Positions 27,809-35,086 of a DNA stretch of 35,086 bases are shown one piece after another. Source of the stretch: Chrysochromulina tobinii (Eukaryota); NCBI GenBank assembly GCA_001275005.1, contig JWZX01003160.1:1-35086 (forward strand), given 5' to 3'. The notes beneath the pieces are model-generated. The model was not told the origin of the DNA and searched no databases. It saw nothing but the letters and a program-made list of their open reading frames with translations. Position numbers and translations under genes: made by a program. The stretch's first letter is position 1. Each line of letters opens with the position of its first letter.

Positions 27809-30800
27809 CTAGTCGCGCGCCTCTTTGCACACCGGGCCAAAGCCGCGGCCGCTCGCGTCAGTCACCTTGGTGAAGCCCATCGAGATGCATCCGCTCTCCT
27901 CCGCCGCGCGCGCGAGGCACGGGTCAGCCTCGGCAAGCGCCGGGTGGCCCGTCTTGAGGTGCAGCCAGCCGTTGGAGTCGGGCGACGAGCAGCACTTGCA
28001 CGTCATCTTATCGTGGAAGTTGGAGCGAGAGTCGAACTGCGGCTCAAAGAGGGAGCTGAGCTCACCCGCGGAGAAGCGGTTGGCGGCTCCCTCGCCGTCG
28101 ACAATCTCGCCCGCGAGACCATTCTTCGAGAACTGACGACCCAAGCACACCTCTTCGAGGCTGCCCACCTTCAAACAGGGTGGGTTGCAGAGGGAGGGGG
28201 GCGCCATGGTGAGCACTTGCATGCAAGGCAGAGTGGGTTGCAAAGGGAGAGGGGCGCCATGGTGAGCACTTGCATGCAAGTACATGCAAGGAGACGGTTA
28301 CGGCAGCATCGAAGAGGTTCAGGAGAGAGCGAACGTACAGCAAAGAGCCGGTACACGTAACACGGCTTCTGCTGCCCGCTGCGCCACACGCGCGCGAGCG
28401 CCTGGGCGTCGATGGCCGGATTCCAGTCCGGGTCGAAGAGGATGAGTCGGTTGGCGCCGATCAGGTTGATGCCACAGCCGCCGGCCTTCGAGGAGAGTAG
28501 GAAGGCGAAGATGGACGGATCGGTGTTGAACGCGTCGACCCGCTCCTGCCGCTTGTTGGCGGCGAGCGAGCCGTCGAGCCGCATGAAGCGCAGCCGCTCC
28601 TTGCTCAGGACTGCGTCGAAGAGGTCCAGGATCGAGGTCGAGTTGGAGATCAGCACGAAGCGGTCGTCCGTGGTGCGTTTCACCTCGCGCAGCAGAGCGC
28701 GCATCGCCCTCAGCTTGCCAGAGGCGGCAACCGCCGCGTCCACATCGATGGCACCTTGCCGCGCCTCGAGCGCCTCGAGCACGCGCTTGCCGCTTACGCC
28801 GCCGCCTACGCCTCCGCCCGCGCCACCAGTCACCGCCGCCGCTTCAGTCGCTCTTGCTTCGGCCGCGGCGAGGCTCTTGGCTGCGAGAGGGTCGTTGACA
28901 ATCTTCTTGAGCATCGCGACAGTGCGCAGCGCCGTCTTGTTCTGCTGCGCCTTCTCGCCGGTCTTGGCGGCACGTTGCCAGGCTGCGCGGCCGACGGTGA
29001 CCTCGTGCGTGTAGGCAGCCTGCTGCTCGCCCGTGAGGGAGCAGAAGACAAGTACGTCGAGCTTGGCGGGAAGGTACTTGGCGATCACCTCGTTCGAGCG
29101 ACGGAGCATGAGCTGGTTGACGATGGCAATGAAGGCGCTCGATGCGGCGCTCCCGCGCTCAATCTCGGCGTCGCTCGCCTCAAGGTCGCGCGCCTTCTCG
29201 ATCGCCTTGCCATATTTGGCCTGGAACTCCTTCTCCGAGCCGAGCCCGTCCGGGATGCAAAAGTGGAGCAGTGCAAAGAACTCCTCGAGACCATTCTGGA
29301 TGGGTGTACCGGTGACCATCAAGCGCATCTGTGTGGGCAGTCCGAACAACGCTTGAAAGAGGGCCGTCTTGAGATTCTTGAGTTTGTGCGCCTCGTCGCA
29401 CACGAGCAGACCAAGCGGGATCGTGCGCAGCGTCTCGACGTGCAGCCGCGCCGTGTCGTACGAGAGGATGAGCAAACGCGCCGTGCGCAACGCTCGGAAG
29501 CTCATGAGCTTCGCCTCGATGTCATCCTTCATGTCGCTCGTCAGAACTGTGAGGTTGAGCTTTCGGGGCAAGCCCTCAGTCCACTTGGCCACCTCGTCGC
29601 GCCAGTTGTGCACAAGGCTCGTCGGGCAGATGACCGCCGCCGTCGTGATCAGCCCCTTGCTTTTGCCCGGCTCCATGCACGAGTACAGCAGCGTGTGGAT
29701 CGTCGCGATCGTCTGAAGCGTCTTGCCGAGTCCCATATCATCGGCTAGGAGGCACCCCTTACCGATGGCCTTGCGCCCGAGGCACGCCTGCACGATGAAC
29801 TGACAGCCGGCGCTCTGATGCGGGCGCAGCTTGGCGGCGAGCAACGGGTCCATCATGAGCGCGCACTGGCCTTCCTGCCACGGCTCGCAGAGTACAAGCC
29901 GTACCCCCGCGGCTGCCGCTGCGCCATCTGCGCTACTGCCGCCGCCGCCGCTTCCCATTCCGCGCTTCTTCCGCAGAAGGCCGCCGCCGCCGCTACCGAA
30001 GCCGCTCGTGAGGCTCACCATCGTGCCCATCCACATGCTGCCTCCGCCTCCGCCTCCGCCTCTGCCGCGCTCACCCTCGTCGGTCGCCTCCTCGTCGTCG
30101 TCGTCGTCCGCGTCCTCGCCGTCGGCGCGCTCGCGCTTTACCTTTGAGCGCGGCGGGGGGGGTGGCATCGCCCGCGCGATTACCGTGCCCGCGACAGCTT
30201 TGGGCGCGCCGAACTTGCGCTTCTTGAAGGGCATCGCCGGCCTCGCAACCGGAGGCACGTCGCCCTCGGCAGGCAGGTCCTCATCGGCCGTCTCTTCCGC
30301 CCCGCTGACGAGCAACGTGCCTCCCTGCGCTGCCTCGCTGAGGAACGTGCTGACGAAACGAGCCTGGGAAGAAGACGGTGCCGCCGCGCTCATGCCAAGG
30401 CCGCCGTGGCCGCTCGTGAACATGAAGCCGTGAAGTGGCTTGCGGCTGCCGAACAGGCCGCCGATCGGGGTCGAGCGCATCTGCTCTGTTGCATGCGCCC
30501 CGATGAGATCGCAATCTCCATCAACACGTTCCTCGCCGTCGAGCGCCTCCACCTCCTCTTTAGCTTCCTTCGCAGCCGTCGCCGCTGCTGACGCCGCTGA
30601 GGTCTGCGCGGGCTTCCGCGCGAGCTGCTGCTCCACCTGCTGCTCGTGCTGCTCCTCCGCCGGTTCCTCCTCCTTGACAGTGGGCATCGGCAGCAACGTC
30701 GGGCGAGCCGCAGCCGCCGTCGGGCGCGAGCTTCCGTCCTTGCGTGGCGGTGCAAATGACTTGCGCTTGCGCGCGCCGGGCTGCTTGGTGGAGTCGGCTT

Positions 30801-31377
30801 TCACGGCCACGTTCTGCGTCTCGTCGGTGACAAGCAACTCGGGCTCGTCGGCCAGCACGTCAAGCAGATCGGCTACCGCGTCCTTGACGGCGGCCATGAC
30901 AAGCGTGTCGGCGATGGTACCATTCTCGTTACGCGTGCTGCTCGTCAGGATAGCTGCGTGCGATGCCTTGCGCGCCGTGGTCGGCGGCAGCGTCGTTGGC
31001 TCATTGTTGTTCTTGGGCGCATTGAAGCGCTTCTTGGGCTTCGTGGCGGCCGTCGTGACCGCTGCTGGCAGCTCAGCGGCCTTGAGTGCGTCGAAGTCTG
31101 AGGCTGCATCGTCGCCGCTTGGAGCATCCCCAGCTTCGACCACGAAGAGGCCGAGCGTGCCCGATCGCGACGGCGAGTGCTCCCGCGGCATCGCAGTGGG
31201 ACCCTTGGGGGAGTGCTGCTGCACTTGCGTCGGCACGACGGTGCGAGGCTCTTCCGCCGCGTCATCGGCGATCGACGGCGGTTTGGAGGAGGAGGGGTGG
31301 CAGAGGGACGGGCTGTTCAGATCGACAACCGCGAGTGCGGCACGCGAGGGCGAGAGCGCCTGCTCTCGCTCGCTCAT
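27809..31377 (-). CDS. RAD54: Rad54-like SNF2-family DNA translocase; exons 31377-28339 and 28168-27809
   Basis: LRPHQ, LADDMGLGKTLQ, CPTSLVHNW, CDEAHKLKN, TGTPIQN, FLLSSKAGGCGINLIGANRLILFDPDWNPA, QALARVWRSGQ, YRLFA|VGSLEE. A 170-nt GT..AG intron restores the frame. Rad54 vs Rad54B not resolved. Confidence 0.88.
28169..28338 (-). other. Intron with two tandem GCATGCAAGTGCTCACCATGGCGCCCC units
   Basis: gtacgt...tttgaag on the minus strand; in-frame join of ORFs 28171..31455 and 27809..28285. Confidence 0.88.
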
Positions 31378-31738
31378 GTCCGCTCGCCACACACAGATCG
31401 CCCGATCTCGCGACGTCATATCATTTGTGTGTGCATGCAAACAGGAGGCAAACAACGGGCCCTACGTAAAACCTCACTACAAACCCCTGACGTCAGTAGT
31501 GAACTACTAACGTGCATCGGCCATTCTTACCGGTAACAGGATTCTCCTATTCACGGTCAGTATTCACACTATAGCTCCGCATGACGTGAGGTCTTACGTC
31601 CGATCGGATAAACGGCCGTACTGGGTGAACTCTCTGTCACGTCACAAGGTCACCGATCCGTCTTGTCACATCTGTACCCGATAGACGATAGTTGATACAG
31701 CGGTCAGCGCGAGTCCAGTGCTGTACTACGGCTTACTG

Positions 31739-33108
31739 TTACTCCCTCAAACTGAGGGGAAGAAGCGAGTCTAAAACAGTTGAGGGTAAGAGGCTCATCA
31801 ATCCTCCAACCACGTTGAGCCCAACAGATGCTACAGTTGAGGTTGAAGGTGAAGGTAAGAGACTCGTCAGCCCTCCAACCAAGTTGAGCCCGACAGATGC
31901 TACAGTTGAGGTTGAAGGTGAAGGTAAGAGACTCGTCAGCCCTCCAACCACGTTGAGCCCGACAGATGCTACAGTTGAGGTAGAGGGAATCGACTGCCAC
32001 AAGGTCGTCGCGTCTTGCGAGTTGTGCAATTCAAGCCACAAACACGGGAGGCGATCACGCATGGAGAGCATCACTCCCAATGCTGGTGCGATTCCGTGTC
32101 CGGAGCTGGGATCGCACTCGACATAGGGAATATGGATGTCCCCATCGCTGTCGCTGCGTGAACTGAGGGTCGTGCTCATGGACGCTGCAAAATCGCGAGC
32201 CTTTTCATACGACACCTCTCGCTCTTGTCGCCTGGGTTGGTTCGATGAGCAGACATCGGAGGCCAACGAGCCACTAGCGAGCGATATGTACTTGGATCAC
32301 GGTATTCCCAATAGGAAGGGTCAACCAATCGTTCGAAAGTTGTGGCCTGGTGAATATTGAAGCACACACAAACGCAATCGGCATCGCGGATGAGACGGTC
32401 ATATGCCTCACGTTCAGTCGCTGGCAAGTCCCAAATCAGCATCTTGTAGACCTTGCCAAGGTAGCGCGCAAAGCACACGCCACATTCGACATCCCCACGC
32501 CACATCGCGTCTCTCGGATAAAACTCACTTGGTCTGTGGCACGACAACTTGAGGAAGGTCGACCCGCAGAAGGAAGGGCCCAGCAGAACAACTTTGCAAA
32601 GGTGATCACAGAAGTTATCACAGTCTTGGTCAAAGGTACTACTGTCAAAGGGCACCGATATACGTTGAGCAAAGACAAAGTGCCGATATGCCGCACGCCA
32701 GCCGGAAGGCGGTGAGACCATGGGAACATGCGCCACGCCCCGTGTGAGTGAATCGCGCAAATAGAGAGAACGCCAGAGATTCTCGCGAGTAGCCACGCGC
32801 GACCACGTCATGCACGTTGCCGCCGCACACAAAACCTCAGGCAAGTGCAGCGCCGACATGCATAACTGGAGCAAGTCCTCATCGAAGAGTACGCGCTTCG
32901 CTATCGTCGTACTGTCCAATTGCGACTCAGCGGTGAGCCTTCCGGGTGTCTGGGCCTCCCCTTTGCAGTCCACCTCCGCCGATGCCCCCACCGCCGATGC
33001 CCCCATAGCTTGCCGTCCTCGCGAGTCAGGATGCAGAGGCCACTCGGTGCCGTCGGGCAGCGAGATGAAGACTAAATTCTCTGGCGTGGAGGGCGAACGC
33101 GAGTCCAT
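31739..33108 (-). CDS. F-box + degenerate Rab-like GTPase protein, frameshifted near 32300 (possible pseudogene)
   Basis: F-box-like FDEDLLQLCMSALHLPEVLCAAATCMTWSRVATRENLWRSLY; Rab-like DHLCKVVLLGPSFCGST, KMLIWD, IRDADCVCVCFNIHQATTFERL; second frame EREVSYEKARDFA..IPYVEC..SGHGI. Confidence 0.7.
31782..31988. repeat. 69-bp tandem repeat x3
   Basis: gaaggtaagagactcgtcagccctccaaccacgttgagcccgacagatgctacagttgaggttgaaggt; encodes PSTSTVASVGLNVVGGLTSLLPS on the minus strand. Confidence 0.92.
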
Positions 33109-33948
33109 TGCACGTTCGTGCCTTCGCGCGCTCGTTAATAGTGCTCGCGCCCGCACGATCGCGCGAAAGGCCCCTCTTTCTCTTTGTGAATTTCCGTACC
33201 AGTCCGACAGTCAGTTTCGTCGCGGTCCCCCCGCACTCACCACACCAAAGGACGGCTCCGCTCCCCTCGGTCAACACAAGTACTGAGTACTCGCCCGATT
33301 CCGTATGATGGTATGAATGTCCGCACACAGCACCGCAACGAGGCACCGTAAGCGACGGGTCGGGCATGGCCCTGCCATGGAGGCCGCGATACGCGCGGCC
33401 ATGCCCGCCTCGTAGCGCACGCGCATCCCCGCCCGTCGCACCATTGTTTGATAATCGGATTACATTCGCACCGGCTGTACACCAATTTCGTGCCGTGAAC
33501 ACGCACGATCACATCGTAGACGTAGCCGGGCGCGGGCGGACGGATAGCACTCACGTCGTCGTCGACACAACACCACACACCTTCCACAGGGGAGTCGGGT
33601 CCGGCGCGCGGCACGCGCGCCGGCATGTGTCCATGGAGCATGAAGGTGAGACCCTCACAGCACAGGCGTCACCGTCCGGTCCTAACCCACAGACATCTAC
33701 AGTGGACATACGGCTGCGCTGATATGTACGACGACATGGCTGGCTCGCGACCCTCGTGCGCGGCTCTCCTAGTCCCGCACCCCTCAACCCTCGACTCCCC
33801 ATGAAAGAGGAGTCTTCAGTCTAGCGCCTGTGCGCTAGAAGTGATGGTGCGCTAGAATTGATGTAGATGCCTCGTTACAGGGAGTGGCACACTGTTGACT
33901 GCACATCCGACATGGGCATTCCATCGACTGCGTGCATCGTGTCGACGG

Positions 33949-35086
33949 TCAGATGTGGTCCCCCTTGGGAACCCAGCTACCTTCGCTCCGTATGGATTCG
34001 ATCTGATGGTTGGCGTCCAAGTTGGCAATGATGGGCTTGTCTAGGGCATGGCTCAGCGGCACAGTCACCACGACGGGCGCCACATCTTTCTTGTCCCCGG
34101 GAGTACCGCGGCCTGCCGCTCTATTACTCGCCTGGGCCCGCGCCTTGGCAGCAGCGTTGCGCGTCCCACCAACGCCAGACTCCTTGGTCTTCGCCGAGCC
34201 GATGTCGACGAAGCCCTCGACATTGTCGACGAAGGCGGATGGCGGGGGGGGCATGGGCCTGCCGTCAAAGCCCTTTTGGCTGGTGTCCGGGCTGGCCAGC
34301 GACGGGCTGCCGGGCCAAGAGACCGGGCTGTTGGGCGCTGAGCCCATCTCGACCGAGTTGGAGAAGCCGCGGTCGTTGAAACGGCTGGACGCTCTGGCGG
34401 ACCCATCCGTGAGGTCGAGCACCCCAAACCTCTTCCTGCCGAGGGTGGGTCGAAAGCCCTTGCGCTTCAAGCGCCAGTAGAGCGACTGGCCGACGACGAG
34501 GAGGAGGAGCACCACGATGGTCCCGCTAAGAATGGAGACCCATCCATCTCCGCCGCCATTGCCACCACCGGCCAGGCCCGCAGCGTCGTTGTTGAAGCAA
34601 TTCATGCACCGATTCGAGGGAGGGGAGACGACAATGACTGACATGGGGCTGCCGCCGACCATCACTGACGCGAGCATGGCGGACGCGCTGGTCGGGCTTG
34701 CGATGTTCGTAGCGATGTTGCTCGTGATCGACGAGGCCGCCGCCTGCTGCATCACGAGGATGCTCACGTCGAGTACGACGCTGCCCACGCGGACGTCGAT
34801 GAGCACGTCGGCCGGAAACACGCCGTTGCCGGCCGCGGTGGCGACCGCCGACCGGATCGAGGCGAGCACCGAAGAGCTGTAGTCGGACACGTCGCCTGCA
34901 GCGGCCAGCATGAAGGAGACCACAGGCCCAATGTGAGGCGGCGGCGGCGGCGACGGCGACGGCGGCGGGTTTGGGTTCGGGGGTGGGGGCGTTGGGGGCG
35001 GGCTGGGTGGCGGCGAGGGCGAGGGCGGCGGGGGCGGGGGCGAGGGCGGCGGCGCATAGTAGGCGGGAGTCGAAATGGAGATGGAG
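33949..35086 (-). CDS. Partial single-pass membrane protein with a Pro-rich (PPSPP) ectodomain; 5' end outside the window
   Basis: Frame is open to the window end (SISISTPAYYAPPPSP..); VSFMLAAAGDVSDY domain; TM ILSGTIVVLLLLVVGQSLYW followed by RLKRK. Confidence 0.8.
   Translation of the reverse strand, partial: SISISTPAYYAPPPSPPPPPPSPSPPPSPPPTPPPPNPNPPPSPSPPPPPHIGPVVSFMLAAAGDVSDYSSSVLASIRSAVATAAGNGVFPADVLIDVRVGSVVLDVSILVMQQAAASSITSNIATNIASPTSASAMLASVMVGGSPMSVIVVSPPSNRCMNCFNNDAAGLAGGGNGGGDGWVSILSGTIVVLLLLVVGQSLYWRLKRKGFRPTLGRKRFGVLDLTDGSARASSRFNDRGFSNSVEMGSAPNSPVSWPGSPSLASPDTSQKGFDGRPMPPPPSAFVDNVEGFVDIGSAKTKESGVGGTRNAAAKARAQASNRAAGRGTPGDKKDVAPVVVTVPLSHALDKPIIANLDANHQIESIRSEGSWVPKGDHI

Noticed and set aside
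31782..31988. CRISPR array or plus-strand gene 31692..32126
   Set aside because: Contiguous 69-bp tandem units without spacers; the plus ORF lacks an early ATG and is antisense to the Rab-like frame.

Overview
GC-rich, gene-dense eukaryotic DNA with a few short GT-AG introns; the style suggests a haptophyte (prymnesiophyte) alga, which is inference only. About 15 protein genes are supported: a tandem CCCH-type zinc-finger/RD-rich protein, a DYRKP-type kinase, dyskerin (Cbf5/DKC1), Nup155/170, a membrane-anchored SDR, a low-complexity protein, COA5/Pet191, an ankyrin-TPR-Aha1N-like protein, a CNMT/Cfa-family methyltransferase, an ankyrin protein, an RI-like LRR protein, an RP2/TBCC-domain protein, a Rad54-like helicase, an F-box plus degenerate Rab-like protein, and a partial Pro-rich membrane protein. 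The most interesting signal is a recurrent small cassette (GCATGCAAGTGCTCACCA...CCCCACAG, plus a GCATGCTGATTGCCTCCCTCATCAG variant) lying beside direct or inverted copies of adjacent host sequence. It appears to have built the Nup155 intron, occurs in the Rad54 intron, and also occurs outside coding sequence, so it is a candidate intron-generating mechanism. Four genes show frame breaks that may be assembly errors. No rRNA, tRNA, CRISPR array or transposase was recognised.
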